DNA of 64,000 nt from Nitrospirota bacterium (GTDB lineage Bacteria > Nitrospirota > UBA9217). Position numbers and translations under genes: made by a program. Within the stretch, counting starts at the first letter, position 1. Every line of letters starts with the position of its first letter. Positions 19,344-31,875 of this stretch are shown here, in pieces. The notes under the pieces were generated by a model. That model had not been told where the DNA came from. It saw only the letters and a list, made by a program, of their open reading frames with translations, and searched no databases. The stretch covers positions 768,001-832,000 of the forward strand of contig CAWIYV010000011.1 in assembly GCA_963840455.1 (NCBI GenBank). The letters are read 5' to 3'.

Positions 19344-20222
19344 TCAGCTCCCTGCCGGGCCGGTCTTGGGACCGGGCCGTGTCTCCGAAGCTTTGCCCTG
19401 CCGCTTCTTGCCTGATTTTTTCTTTTTCTCGTGTGAGGCCACGGTCCCCAGCTTCCAGGTATAAACCCTGCCGCAGGAGTTACAGGAGGCCCCGGCCAGC
19501 GACTCGCCGCAGTCCGGGCAGTATATGATGTAATGCTGCGAGAGCAGCTTGTCATGGTCGTCGAGCACCGTGCTTTTGCCGCAGCACTTGAACTCCTTCG
19601 TAAGGTCCCCGCCGCAAATGCAGCGACGGTCGAGGGGCCAGGGGAACATCTCTTCGAGCGTATAGATCGCCCGGGCAAGGAGGTCCATAAGATCATCCTC
19701 CGGGGCGTCGCCGAAGAACGACTCTGTCAGCTTTTCCCTGATATCGATCATCATGGGATCTTCCTTCAGGAACCGCATGAACTTCAGAATGCGCTCCTCG
19801 CCGTTCCCGAGCCGCGAAAGCGAACGCAGGTTCTTGTTCGCCTTGTAATGCTCCTGCAGGTACAGGAGCGTCCAGATCTGCGCCATGTCGTAGAAGTACT
19901 CGAGGAGGGGGTAGTAACCGTACTTCTCCCGGATGCTTGCCTCCACGGCGCCGCGGTCGTCCGGAATGCGGGGAAAGACCGCAACCAGAAAGCCCTCTTC
20001 GAAATCCTCATAGAAAAAGGGCGTGTCGGAGAAATTGCGAAAACCGCAGTTGGGACACTGGACGATATTGAACTCCCAGCGGAGAAGCTGCCGCTTCACC
20101 TGCGGGGTGCGCGAGACGTCGACCCAGGTAACGACCCTCGCCGGGAAATCACGGTTGCAGGCCCCGCAGTGGAATGCCTCCTGGCTGTACGCTTCCGCCT
20201 GGCTGATGCTGATGTTTTGCAT
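19344..20222 (-). CDS. CpXC-domain protein with C-terminal zinc ribbons
   Basis: CGAC...VDV...CPNCG..PFFYED N-terminus; CIC, CC, CPDC and CNSC at the C-terminus; TATAAT 6 nt before ATG. Confidence 0.8.
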   Translation of the reverse strand: MQNISISQAEAYSQEAFHCGACNRDFPARVVTWVDVSRTPQVKRQLLRWEFNIVQCPNCGFRNFSDTPFFYEDFEEGFLVAVFPRIPDDRGAVEASIREKYGYYPLLEYFYDMAQIWTLLYLQEHYKANKNLRSLSRLGNGEERILKFMRFLKEDPMMIDIREKLTESFFGDAPEDDLMDLLARAIYTLEEMFPWPLDRRCICGGDLTKEFKCCGKSTVLDDHDKLLSQHYIIYCPDCGESLAGASCNSCGRVYTWKLGTVASHEKKKKSGKKRQGKASETRPGPKTGPAGS

Positions 20223-20355
20223 GGCTTTATTATACACCACATTCCCAAAAACTCACTTTGAAAAGTAGCCGGTATTTGTGGTAGAATGCCGCGCCAACCG
20301 TGAATGGTATCGCATCTTTTTGCAGAACGATCTTATTTTGACCACGAGGTACCGC

Positions 20356-22629
<2,274 letters not shown>

Positions 22630-22644
22630 GACAACGCCGCCATG

Positions 22645-22890
22645 GACACACAGAGGCACAGAGAACGGCAAAGCTTCTCTCTCGCAATGGCCAAAAGCGG
22701 GCCGCACTGAGCCGAAAAGTGCGCAACGTGATTCAGACGTACTGCTGGTCATTGGACGATGGCGGATGTCTCTCCGCTCCGGTCACGCACGCCGTTCTCC
22801 GCGAGATTTACGTCTGGGCGAAATAGTCTGTTGAAGTAATTTCTCCGTGCTCTCTGCCTGTGGCCTGAGGCCATGCCTCTGTGGCAGAAT
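22645..22890. repeat. Inverted CACAGAG / CTCTGTG-type short repeats flanking a spacer
   Basis: ACACAGAGGCACAGAGAAC ... TCTCCGTGCTCTCTG..CCTCTGTGG; similar units at ~28990, 29070, 30128, 33390 and 42610-42695. Confidence 0.55.
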
Positions 22891-22904
22891 AGCTTCTACC
22901 CTTT

Positions 22905-23324
22905 ATGAGATCCTTCCGCAAAGAGCTCTGGTTGAACGTCCCGACCCGCAGGGCATTCATCAATATCACGCCCCAGGTCAACGACTGCCTCCAGGAGAGC
23001 GGCATCCGGGAGGGTATGGCGCTCGTGAACGCCATGCACATCACGGCGTCGGTCTTCATCAACGACGACGAGCCGGGGCTCCACCGTGATTACGAGGCCT
23101 GGCTCGAGAAGCTTGCGCCCCACGAGCCGGTAGCGCAGTACCAACACAACCGGACCGGCGAGGACAACGGTGACGCGCATCTGAAGCGCCAGGTCATGGG
23201 CCGAGAGGCGGTGGTCGCCATCACGAACGGCAAGCTCGACTTCGGCCCCTGGGAGCAAATCTTCTATGGCGAGTTCGACGGCGGCAGAAGAAAGCGCGTG
23301 CTCATAAAAATTATCGGAGAGTAA
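22905..23324 (+). CDS. yjbQ: YjbQ/UPF0047 family protein
   Basis: [33 protein letters not shown]. Confidence 0.9.
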   Translation: MRSFRKELWLNVPTRRAFINITPQVNDCLQESGIREGMALVNAMHITASVFINDDEPGLHRDYEAWLEKLAPHEPVAQYQHNRTGEDNGDAHLKRQVMGREAVVAITNGKLDFGPWEQIFYGEFDGGRRKRVLIKIIGE

Positions 23325-23476
23325 TGACCCGCTCTCGAGCTGCTGGGGGTAATTGACGTCAACCAGCAAAATATCAAGCTTTATCAGTAAGTTATCGGTG
23401 TTCCGTTTTGAGCATATCACCGCTTGCATTCAAGCATGCTTTCTGGTACAATTAAATTGTTTAAAACAAAATATTT

Positions 23477-24652
23477 ATGTCTAACCGTAATCAACATACC
23501 GACCATCAACAGCTATCAAGGAGCGAAAAGGAGGACCTCCTGCTTCGGCTTGCGCTGACGGAGCGGAAGCTTTCGCTGGCCATGCAGAAGCTCGAGGCGC
23601 GGAACCTGGAGCTGTCGACGATACAGCGTCTTGCTGAAACCATCGGCAACGAGCGGCAGATCAACCGTCTCTGCCAGAAAACTGCTGAGGAGATCTCCCG
23701 CAGCCTGGGAGCCGCGGCGGTAACCATCCTGCTCCGCGACGAGGTGACCGGCGATTTGGTCACGATGGCTTCCAGCGACGATCTGACGATCGGCGGCCAA
23801 CACCCCCATGTGAAGGCCGGGGACGGGCTGCTGTGGCAGGTCATGAAGACCGGCAAACCGCTCCAACTCCCCGGCGCGGCCGCAGCGCAGCAATTCGCCG
23901 GCAGGCAGATCGCCCAGTCAGGGATCGCGGTGCCTATCAGGACCAAGCAAAAGACGCTTGGTGTGATCTATGCCTGCGGCCCGATAAAAGGGCGGGAGTT
24001 TTCGGCCAGGGACCAGGCCTCGCTCCTCGGAATCGCCAGCCAGGCGGCCGTCGCCCTCGACAACGCAGCACTCTTTCATGATCTCGAGAACCTCTTCGTC
24101 GGGATCGCCTGGTCCTTCGCGTCGGCACTGGACGCCAAGTCCCCCTGGACCGCCGGCCACTCCAAGCGCGTGACCCAGTTCTCCGTGGCGATCGCTGAAG
24201 AGCTCGGCCAGGACACCGAGTTCCTCAATTTGATCCAGACCTGCGGGCTCCTGCACGACATCGGCAAGATCGGCATCTCGGAAAAGCTCCTCAACAAGAA
24301 GGGCGCCATCACCCGTCAGGAGCGCAGGGCCATCGCGCAGCATGCCGAGCACGGCGCGAAGATCCTCGAACACATCGACGCCTTCCAGCCCCTTCTCCCC
24401 GGTATCCGGCATCATCACGAGCGGTGGGACGGCAGCGGGTTCCCTGACCGGCTGATGGAAGAGGACATACCCCTGATGGCGCGGATGCTCGCGGTCGCCG
24501 ACGCCTATGATGCAATGACATCCGACCGCCCCTACCGCGCGAGGCTGACCCGGGCCGATGCCATCGCGGAGATCGATCGGTGTTCCGGCTCCCAGTTCGA
24601 CCCGCAGATCGTCGAGGCCTTCATCGAGGTCACCAGCCATAGGATGTTCTGA
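23477..24652 (+). CDS. GAF + HD-GYP phosphodiesterase
   Basis: GAF domain; HSKRV, LHDIGK, HHERWDGSGFP, VADAYDAMTSDRPYR. Confidence 0.9.
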   Translation: MSNRNQHTDHQQLSRSEKEDLLLRLALTERKLSLAMQKLEARNLELSTIQRLAETIGNERQINRLCQKTAEEISRSLGAAAVTILLRDEVTGDLVTMASSDDLTIGGQHPHVKAGDGLLWQVMKTGKPLQLPGAAAAQQFAGRQIAQSGIAVPIRTKQKTLGVIYACGPIKGREFSARDQASLLGIASQAAVALDNAALFHDLENLFVGIAWSFASALDAKSPWTAGHSKRVTQFSVAIAEELGQDTEFLNLIQTCGLLHDIGKIGISEKLLNKKGAITRQERRAIAQHAEHGAKILEHIDAFQPLLPGIRHHHERWDGSGFPDRLMEEDIPLMARMLAVADAYDAMTSDRPYRARLTRADAIAEIDRCSGSQFDPQIVEAFIEVTSHRMF

Positions 24653-24702
24653 TCACCTTTCAGCGATTTCGCGATCCCCGCAAGCAGATCCCGGAGCACA
24701 TC

Positions 24703-25518
24703 ATGAGGGAACATACCCACCCGATGCAGCCGCAGGACCTTGACCTCACCGGCGGAAGGGTCCATTTCTGGAAGGGAGGGAACGGACCCGGCCTGCTGTT
24801 GCTGCATGCCGCATGGGGGGATGCAGAGATGTCCTGGAGCCGCGTCTGGGAACCGCTCAGCCACACCTTTACGGTCATTGCACCCGACCTCCCCGGGTTC
24901 GGCCGATCCGCTGGCCTCGCCCGCCCATCGCTGTCGGCCATGGCAACAACGCTCAAGCAACTTCTGGACTCATTGCACATGGACCGCGTCATGGTCGTGG
25001 GAAATTCCTTCGGCGCAGGGGTGGCCATCCAGCTTGCCAGCGAGCATCCGAAAGCGACTGCTCGGGTCGTAATCGTGAACGGCGGATACATGCCGGTCAT
25101 TCCCGATATCATCCGGAAGCTCATTTCCCTGCCGGTCCTGAACGCAGGATTTCGATCGCTCATCCGCAAGCTCACCTATTCAGCGTCTGCACTGAACAGG
25201 TCATTTGTGGACCCTTCCAAACTGCCTCCTCGTTTTTTCGAGAATATACAGCGCCACGCCCTTGCCTATTCCCGGATATCCTTTGACACCATCATGAATA
25301 TGGCGGGGCCGTTGGCGAGGCCGGCTGCTCCGGTACTCCTCCTGTGGGGTGCTCAGGACGGGCTGGCGACCCTGAAACAGGCACAGGCGATCCAAAAGAC
25401 GATGCCGGGCGCGGAGCTTATCGCCATCGAGGGCGCGGGCCATATGCCCCAAATGGAGCGGCCTGATGAATTCATAGCTGTGATCAAGAACGTCCGGAAC
25501 AATCGGCGAGATGGTTGA
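24703..25518 (+). CDS. Alpha/beta hydrolase
   Basis: PDLPGFG, GNSFG nucleophile elbow, WGAQD, GHMPQ. Confidence 0.88.
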   Translation: MREHTHPMQPQDLDLTGGRVHFWKGGNGPGLLLLHAAWGDAEMSWSRVWEPLSHTFTVIAPDLPGFGRSAGLARPSLSAMATTLKQLLDSLHMDRVMVVGNSFGAGVAIQLASEHPKATARVVIVNGGYMPVIPDIIRKLISLPVLNAGFRSLIRKLTYSASALNRSFVDPSKLPPRFFENIQRHALAYSRISFDTIMNMAGPLARPAAPVLLLWGAQDGLATLKQAQAIQKTMPGAELIAIEGAGHMPQMERPDEFIAVIKNVRNNRRDG

Positions 25519-25787
25519 GCAGCTGTTACGTAAGACGAATATGAGCGAGAACGGAGCAAGGAAGGACCTGGCGAAAAAGCACACCGGGTGGTAGCCGCTC
25601 TTCAAAATAATTGCGCTCTGTTTATTGACCGCAGACATTAGCCTGCGAAGACCCGAGCATCGCGATGCCGGGCGGCAGCGTTCCTTCATCCCTGGTCTTC
25701 CCCGTGCGAGGGAGGAGGACCGGGCGGTCATCTCCCTGAATCAGCCGTTATGCGTTATGAAGGACGCTCTTAAAGCCCCGTGACCGC

Positions 25788-25973
25788 TCATGCGGCGCGC
25801 GGGATGCGTTCCTTCCTGCTCCAGGGGAACTTGAGCAACAGGAAATCGTCGTGCGAGCTTTCCTGTTCTATGCGGTCGAACATTTCGCGAAACTCGCGGT
25901 ATGCCAGAAAAAGGCTCAACCGCCTGCTTTCATCGCCGTTGCGATAGTCGTTCAGGATCTGTTCGATGTCCAT
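25788..25973 (-). CDS. Small hypothetical protein (61 aa)
   Basis: SD AAGGAGG, then MDIEQILNDYRNGDESRRLSLFLAYREFR... Confidence 0.75.
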   Translation of the reverse strand: MDIEQILNDYRNGDESRRLSLFLAYREFREMFDRIEQESSHDDFLLLKFPWSRKERIPRAA

Positions 25974-26049
25974 GGCAACCTCCTTGTCGATGGAATAGAG
26001 CATATCAGGGTGTGCAATAACCAACATCATCGGGCCGGCCTTCTGGCGA

Positions 26050-26161
26050 TTGAAGCTCCCTGCATCAAGCTGCAGGGAATCTTCGATCCTCAAGGTAGTA
26101 CTATTTATTCTAATCGCTCGCTAACCCCGCAGCAAGCTACGGGGAATGCGCTCGCTCCTGG
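26050..26161 (-). mobile_element. Repeat family A, full-length copy
   Basis: Reverse complement of the 13214 element; target CGAAT. Confidence 0.8.
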
Positions 26162-26356
26162 ATTCGCGTTTGTCGACCGCCTCATCTGCCGCGTTGTTGT
26201 CTTTGCCGCTGTTTCGCGGTGTTGAAGAAGCGACACAATGAGGTTTTATTGACACAGAGCGCATACGGTCGAGCTGATAAAAAAAACGCACTATTGCTGC
26301 ATTTGACCTCAGTTCTCGCGCAGCATGCAAATATAAATGCATTTATTGTGCCCCGA

Positions 26357-26414
26357 TTGAGGCTCCCCGCAGCAAGCTGCAGGGAGGTATGTTCTCCTCA
26401 TCGCTCGCTCCTGG
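26357..26414 (-). mobile_element. Repeat family A, short copy (single hairpin)
   Basis: TTGAGGCTCCCCGCAGCAAGCTGCAGGGAG...CGCTCGCTCCTGG|ATTCA. Confidence 0.7.
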
Positions 26415-26610
26415 ATTCAGAGCGTGTTCCGTGGGGAAAAAGGGATACTGCTCTCGGTCTGAAGGAATGCAAGGAATGCCTGGTAGAGGCTGGCAACCCG
26501 GAGGCGGGACAAGCGATCCGGAAAATGATCCGGACGCGGAGCATATCACCATCGACAAAACAGGGCATATGCCCTGGTCACAACCAACCTCAGAAGCGGT
26601 CAGCCTCGTC

Positions 26611-27000
26611 CTAGAAATAGAGCATACCGTCGCACTCAAGCGCGTAATGGATAAGATGGATCCCGCCCAATATCTCGGTCCCCTCGAGCAGGTCCTCTTT
26701 CTTCAAGTTCCTGTTGACCGCCACCTGCTGGCAGAGCTGGAACTTGACCCCCACGGCGAGCGCGTCGGCGAGGCGCTGTTCGAACGTAGCGATGCCGGGC
26801 GGGAGCGTTCCTTCTTCCCGGATCTTTCCCTTGATGACCGCGTCTGCCCCGTCCTGGACGCAGTAGACGACCGCATCGCAGCCGGAACACTGGGCAATGG
26901 TGGCGAACATGATCGCCGACTTTACCTTGCCGATGTCCCTGACCCCTGATGAAAGCTGCACGGCGAACTTCTTTCGTTCCTTTTTCACCGATTCGTCCAT
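26611..27000 (-). CDS. DsrE family protein
   Basis: YCVQDG, GVKFQLCQQ and ILGG pattern; SD AGGGGAG. Confidence 0.8.
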   Translation of the reverse strand: MDESVKKERKKFAVQLSSGVRDIGKVKSAIMFATIAQCSGCDAVVYCVQDGADAVIKGKIREEGTLPPGIATFEQRLADALAVGVKFQLCQQVAVNRNLKKEDLLEGTEILGGIHLIHYALECDGMLYF

Positions 27001-27091
27001 GAATATCTCCCCTCGCTTATTTCGTCCGGTTATACATTGAGACGTCCTTGATTTCATCCCGACCGGCGATGACCGCAACCAATCGATCAAC

Positions 27092-27117
27092 AAAAAGCGC
27101 TCTCCTGCTGAGAGCGC
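27092..27117 (-). terminator. Terminator after ftsH
   Basis: Minus strand GCGCTCTC/GAGAGCGC stem + TTTTT. Confidence 0.7.
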
Positions 27118-27151
27118 CTCTCGTGACGTACGATGATCAAGGGCCGGGGAT

Positions 27152-28966
27152 CTACACTTCTTTCTTCTTCTCCGGCAGCCCCAGTACCTTCCGGATCTCC
27201 TCGCCTTCCAGCGTTTCCTTCTCCAGCAGCACCTTCGCCAGCGTCCTGAGCCGTTCCTGGTTCTGCGACAGCATGTCCTTGACCTTCGCGTAGGACCCGT
27301 CGATCAGCTTCCTTACCTCCTGGTCGATCTCGCGCGCTGTGTCCTCGCTGTAGGCTTTGGGGCCGTTGGGAAGGCCGATGTCAAGGAACATGGGCCGCCG
27401 CTCCTTCTCGAAGGTGAGCGGTCCGAACTTCTCGGTCATCCCGTACTCGGTCACCATGCTGCGGGCAATGCCGGCAGCGCGCTGCAGGTCGTTCTGCGCT
27501 CCTGTGGAGACCTCGCCAAAGACGATCTCCTCCGCAACGCGGCCGCCGAGCATGACGCACAGCTTGTCGAGCAGTTCCGTCCGGGTCATGAGATACCGGT
27601 CCTCGGTCGGGAGCTGGAGCGTGTAGCCCAGGGCAGCGATGCCACGTTGGACGATGGACACGCGGTGCACCGGGTCCGTGGTCGGCAGGAGCTCCGCGAC
27701 GATCGTGTGACCGCACTCATGGTAGGCCACAATATCCTTCTCCTTCTGGTTCATGACGCGCCGCTTCTTCTCAAGGCCCGCGATGAGACGGTCGATGGCG
27801 GCCTCGAAGTCCGTCATTTCCACTTCGGTCTTGTTCTTGCGCGCCGCGAGAAGCGCCGCCTCGTTCACCATGTTGGCCAGGTCCGCGCCCACGAACCCCG
27901 GCGTGCGCGCGGCGATCACCTTCAGGTCTACGTCCTTGGAGAGCTTCACGCCCCGCACATGGATCTGGAGAATGTCCTCGCGGTCCTTGATGTTCGGACG
28001 GTCCACGAGGACGTGGCGGTCAAAGCGGCCCGCGCGCAGCAGCGCCGGGTCCAGGATCTCCGGCCGGTTCGTGGCAGCCATGATGATGACGCCCTTCCGC
28101 GGGTCGAAACCGTCCATCTCGGCGAGCAGCTGGTTCAGGGTCTGCTCACGCTCCTCGTGCCCGCCGGCCATGCCGGCGCCCCGGGCGCGGCCCAGCGCGT
28201 CGAGCTCGTCAATGAAGATGATGCACGGCGCTCTCTGGATCGCCTGCTTGAACAGGTCACGCACGCGCGACGCACCCACGCCGACGAACATCTCGACGAA
28301 CTCGGAGCCGCTCATGGAAAAGAACGGGACCTTTGCCTCACCGGCCACAGCCCGCGCCAGCAGTGTCTTGCCGGTCCCGGGAGGGCCCACAAGCATGACG
28401 CCTTTCGGGATGCGGCCGCCGAGCCGGGTGAACTTGTCCGGGCGCTTGAGAAACTCAACGACCTCGATCAACTCCTCCTTCGCCTCCTCCACGCCGGCGA
28501 CGTCGTTGAACGTGACCTTCACATCGCTTTCGCCGTAGATCTTGGCCCTCGACTTTCCGAAGCTCATGATGGTCTCGCCGGGCCCGCCGCCGCCCATCCT
28601 CTTGAACACGAACGTCCAGATCACGACCAGGACAACGAGCGGCAGGATCCAGGCGAGCAGGAAGTCCTTGAACCAGTTCTCGCTGATCCGGCCCTCGTAG
28701 GTGACCCCGCTCGCCTCGAGGTTCTTGATCAGCTCGGGGTCCTCGATCCGCACGACAACAAAGGGCTTGTCCTTATCCCCCTCTTTGACGGTGCCACGGA
28801 CCTGGTCGTTCGTGATGACGATGTCCTTCACCTGTTTCTGGGCGAGCAGCTGCTTGAACCTGCTGTACTTGATCTCCTCGGCAGGCGGTGCCGAGAACAG
28901 GCGGAACACGCTTATAACGACAAGGAACATGAGGAAGTAGAAGAGGAATTGCTGGCCTTTTTTCAT
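27152..28966 (-). CDS. ftsH: ATP-dependent zinc metalloprotease FtsH
   Basis: 2 TM segments, [39 protein letters not shown]. Confidence 0.95.
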   Translation of the reverse strand: MKKGQQFLFYFLMFLVVISVFRLFSAPPAEEIKYSRFKQLLAQKQVKDIVITNDQVRGTVKEGDKDKPFVVVRIEDPELIKNLEASGVTYEGRISENWFKDFLLAWILPLVVLVVIWTFVFKRMGGGGPGETIMSFGKSRAKIYGESDVKVTFNDVAGVEEAKEELIEVVEFLKRPDKFTRLGGRIPKGVMLVGPPGTGKTLLARAVAGEAKVPFFSMSGSEFVEMFVGVGASRVRDLFKQAIQRAPCIIFIDELDALGRARGAGMAGGHEEREQTLNQLLAEMDGFDPRKGVIIMAATNRPEILDPALLRAGRFDRHVLVDRPNIKDREDILQIHVRGVKLSKDVDLKVIAARTPGFVGADLANMVNEAALLAARKNKTEVEMTDFEAAIDRLIAGLEKKRRVMNQKEKDIVAYHECGHTIVAELLPTTDPVHRVSIVQRGIAALGYTLQLPTEDRYLMTRTELLDKLCVMLGGRVAEEIVFGEVSTGAQNDLQRAAGIARSMVTEYGMTEKFGPLTFEKERRPMFLDIGLPNGPKAYSEDTAREIDQEVRKLIDGSYAKVKDMLSQNQERLRTLAKVLLEKETLEGEEIRKVLGLPEKKKEV

Positions 28967-29103
28967 TATCACACCTCAATGATTATTTTACCGCAGAGGA
29001 CGCAGAGAACACCAAGGCCTTCAGAAGGTCAGAAGAGATATAATGCCTGTTTGCCAGTTCATTCCTTCTGCTTTCCTCTGCCTCCGCGGTTGTAAAGGTC
29101 CTA

Positions 29104-29601
29104 TCAGAATCCATGGTACACGCCAATGCCGAAAGAAAAGCTCGGGCCCGCATAAGGCGACCAGAGGTGCAGCGCCTTCGCCGTAATGACGGGATAGACG
29201 TACTCGATCTCCCCCAGCGGGAGGACCTGCGGCGCCGCAACCTCCCCGACGACCGTGATCAACCGTCCGCGGTGATAGACCGCGCCGTCGAGGAACTGCT
29301 GCGTCACAATGAGGAAGCGGCCGCCGGTATCGTCCGTCCGTTCAGGCCTGCCCTCCCCGTCGAGGGTCATCTGAAGTACTTCGATGCGCGTCCCTTCCTT
29401 CAGGTTATTTGTGTCCACAATAACGCCGCCGATCATCAGCAGCTTCCCGGCATATTTGTCCGGGTCCTTCTGCAGAGCGGTGAACGGAACATTATTCTCA
29501 ACCTTCTCCAGAAGCTCCTTGGGAAAGGGCGGCGAGCATCCAGCAGTGGCACCGATCCCCAGGGCTGCAGCAACCGTAATGAGCGCTAGGTTCCATTTCA
29601 T
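29104..29601 (-). CDS. Slp family outer-membrane lipoprotein
   Basis: Lipobox TAGC; GGVIV, EVLQ..LD...RP, GGRF, FLD, GRLITVVG. Confidence 0.88.
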   Translation of the reverse strand: MKWNLALITVAAALGIGATAGCSPPFPKELLEKVENNVPFTALQKDPDKYAGKLLMIGGVIVDTNNLKEGTRIEVLQMTLDGEGRPERTDDTGGRFLIVTQQFLDGAVYHRGRLITVVGEVAAPQVLPLGEIEYVYPVITAKALHLWSPYAGPSFSFGIGVYHGF

Positions 29602-29744
29602 AGGTTATTCTGTATATTACTATAGCACATGCTTCTATATATAATAACACGCGAAAGGACCGATTGCCACGAAGGACGCGGAGATCGCCTTGGGCAAGGA
29701 GGGAAGGGAAAAGGAGCGGGACAGGCTGGTATATGCGGGCCGGA

Positions 29745-29782
29745 ACCGCGGGGTCATTTACCGGAATGCGCTCGCTCCTAAG
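29745..29782 (-). mobile_element. Repeat family A, left-end remnant
   Basis: GGAATGCGCTCGCTCCTAAG|ATTCAA. Confidence 0.6.
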
Positions 29783-29821
29783 ATTCAAAGGGATGCAGGG
29801 GCTTTTGGATAAAGAAACAGC

Positions 29822-30030
29822 TTGAAGGACCTGCCTTCCCCCAACCCCGGGCAGCCCGGCTGCGACGACTGCGCGTATGCATGCCGGTACCCTAGCCCGA
29901 ACGAGAACAGACAAAAAAAAGCAGCGCGGCCGTAGGGGAAGCGCTGCCGGGAATGACAGACCGGGACAGGAACGAGCACCCACTTACTGCATGCCTAGCA
30001 CAGCGGAGCCACCGGGTTGCCCAAAAAAAC
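29822..30030. repeat. Repeat family C, long imperfect hairpin element
   Basis: GGGCAGCCCGG/CCGGGTTGCCC and GCATGC arms; related sequences at 35869 and 35943. Confidence 0.55.
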
Positions 30031-30194
30031 AAATACCACCTGGTCCGCGAGAAATGTCCTCAAGCTTACCGGACCGACGTACGGTGGAGAAGGTCCTCTA
30101 TTCATATCCCGGACCTTTATTTCCTTCCGCCTTCCTCTGCATCCTCTGCAGTGACAGCGGCTCGGTCGTTTCGTTCCCGGCCCGCGGGGAACGA

Positions 30195-30710
30195 TCAGTA
30201 TCCGTACTTGCCCTGGGGCGAGTTGGGATCATAGAGCGGATCAAGGAACTGGGGCTTTTCCCAGCCCGGCTTCTCAGGCGGCCAGAGCTTGATCTCGCGG
30301 GCGTTGAGGAGCACATAGGCGGCTCCGGACCCGCCGGGGGACGTCTCCTCGGTCCCCGTTACCTCGCCGGCGACCGTGATCTCCCTGCCGGGTGAGAAGA
30401 CCAGTATGTCGAGATGCCGCGGCTGGAACACGATGAAGCGCCCGCCGGTGCGGTCCGTGTGGCGCGGTCTGCCCCAGTAGTCAAGCTCCTTCTGAACGAC
30501 CTCGATAAGGGTCCCGGTCTTGACGTTCTTGGTCTGGGCGATGAGGCCGCCGAAGATCACGGTCTTGCCCTTGCTGGAAGGCGGGTCTGCCTGGAGCTTT
30601 TCGAAGGTGATGGTGCGGTCAGCGGTACGGGTCACGTCGGGTGAGATGGCGTAGGAGCAGCCCTGCAGCAGCAGGACCGTTCCTGCGATCAGCAGGGACA
30701 GGATGTGCAT
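30195..30710 (-). CDS. Slp family outer-membrane lipoprotein
   Basis: Lipobox LQGC; FGGLI, EVVQKELD..GRP, GGRF, GREITVAG. Confidence 0.88.
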   Translation of the reverse strand: MHILSLLIAGTVLLLQGCSYAISPDVTRTADRTITFEKLQADPPSSKGKTVIFGGLIAQTKNVKTGTLIEVVQKELDYWGRPRHTDRTGGRFIVFQPRHLDILVFSPGREITVAGEVTGTEETSPGGSGAAYVLLNAREIKLWPPEKPGWEKPQFLDPLYDPNSPQGKYGY

Positions 30711-30770
30711 CGCGGCCTCCCTCGTGCTGCGCGGGCCCCGGAACGAGCGTGACGGAGGGCCGGTCATTGC

Positions 30771-31049
30771 TCACGCGGACAGCTTCATGGGTTCTGCCGG
30801 CAGGTCCGACTCGTGCAGGATCTTCTTCCGCACCCGGTCGGGAAGGTCCAGGCCGGAGAGGTCGAACCTGCCGAGCTCCCGGGCCAGAAGATTGATCTTC
30901 TCGTTCACGGGGAGATGCTTGTTGATGATGATGCGCCGGGTCTCCATGACCCTGCAGGACCCGCCCTTTGAGGTCTTGAGATCCTCGTAGGTCACTTTAA
31001 CATCAAGCGACCGGGCAGCCTGTTCCAGTTCCGCGATCGTGATCTTCAT
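30771..31049 (-). CDS. Conserved hypothetical protein
   Basis: GGSCRV..RRIIINK.L...EKI..LARELGRFDL; operon position. Confidence 0.7.
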   Translation of the reverse strand: MKITIAELEQAARSLDVKVTYEDLKTSKGGSCRVMETRRIIINKHLPVNEKINLLARELGRFDLSGLDLPDRVRKKILHESDLPAEPMKLSA

Positions 31050-31089
31050 AAACGGGTGAGGGGAGAACGCGGCAGGCGCGTTCCGGGGA

Positions 31090-31215
31090 TCATGCTTCTT
31101 CCTTGTGGATCTCCATGATGCTGACGACGTTGATGTTCGCGTCCTTCAGCGCCTTCTGCACATCCGCGAGCTTCGCGTCCTGGACCTTGAGAATGAAGTT
31201 CGACTTTGTTGCCAT
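31090..31215 (-). CDS. Small protein (41 aa), not in the ORF track
   Basis: SD AGGAGG; MATKSNFILKVQDAKLADVQKALKDANINVVSIMEIHKEEA; GC3-rich codons. Confidence 0.75.
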   Translation of the reverse strand: MATKSNFILKVQDAKLADVQKALKDANINVVSIMEIHKEEA

Positions 31216-31510
31216 GGTTCAGCCTCCTGGATACGAGATACTGAAATGACCGCGCTCCGATGGCACACACCCTATCACAAACATCCCCCAAAAGTCAACG
31301 GGAAAGGTCCCGCCGGACGTGCGTGCGCGCTGCGACGGAACATGCATGCATTGTTTCGCCTTTCGGGAAAATATCCCGGCACGATTGGAAACTTTCTGAA
31401 AATTTTTCTTGCTATTTTCTGGCGCTGTGGCTATACTTTGAAGCAATGAAAGCAAACACACCGCGCATGCGGTGAGTATTTTTATCTCTATCGCTGGAGG
31501 AGGAGGAAGT

Positions 31511-31798
31511 ATGGCAAAGGCCATGACGAAGTCGCAGATTGCAGATTTTATCGCGAAGAAGGCGGACCTGAAGAAGAAGGTCGCGGTCCAGATCCTCGAG
31601 GACCTGGCAGGGCTGGCGTACAAAGAAGCGAAGAACTCCTTCACGCTCCCGGGCCTCGGAAAGCTCGTGCTCGTGAACCGCAAGGCCCGCATGGGTCGGA
31701 ACCCCCAGACCGGCGAAGCCATCAAGATCCCGGCAAAGAAGGTCGTGAAGTTCCGCGTTGCAAAGGCCTGCAAAGAGGCCGTCCTCGGCAAGAAGTAA
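31511..31798 (+). CDS. hup: HU family DNA-binding protein
   Basis: MTKSQ.., PGLGK, ARMGRNPQTGEAIKIPAK. Confidence 0.93.
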   Translation: MAKAMTKSQIADFIAKKADLKKKVAVQILEDLAGLAYKEAKNSFTLPGLGKLVLVNRKARMGRNPQTGEAIKIPAKKVVKFRVAKACKEAVLGKK

Positions 31799-31832
31799 GC
31801 TAACCTCCAGCTTCCGATACTCGTGTATCACA

Positions 31833-31864
31833 GGGCATCCCGGACCCGTCCGGGATGCCTTTTT
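31833..31864 (+). terminator. Intrinsic terminator
   Basis: GGCATCCCGGAC/GTCCGGGATGCC stem + TTTTT. Confidence 0.85.
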
Positions 31865-31875
31865 CGTCCCGAGCC

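Noticed and set aside
24400-24450. GFP instead of GYP in the HD-GYP protein
   Set aside because: A conservative change with all metal ligands intact; not evidence of a new function.
25690-25790. HDV-like ribozyme (CCCTCGC-containing segment on the minus strand)
   Set aside because: I could not build a consistent P1/P3/P1.1/J4-2; the segment is explained by a simple hairpin.
25851-26614. ORFs such as PCIKLQGIFDPQ... (also at 41066, 47027, 57928)
   Set aside because: They are translations of or through repeat family A, not real genes.
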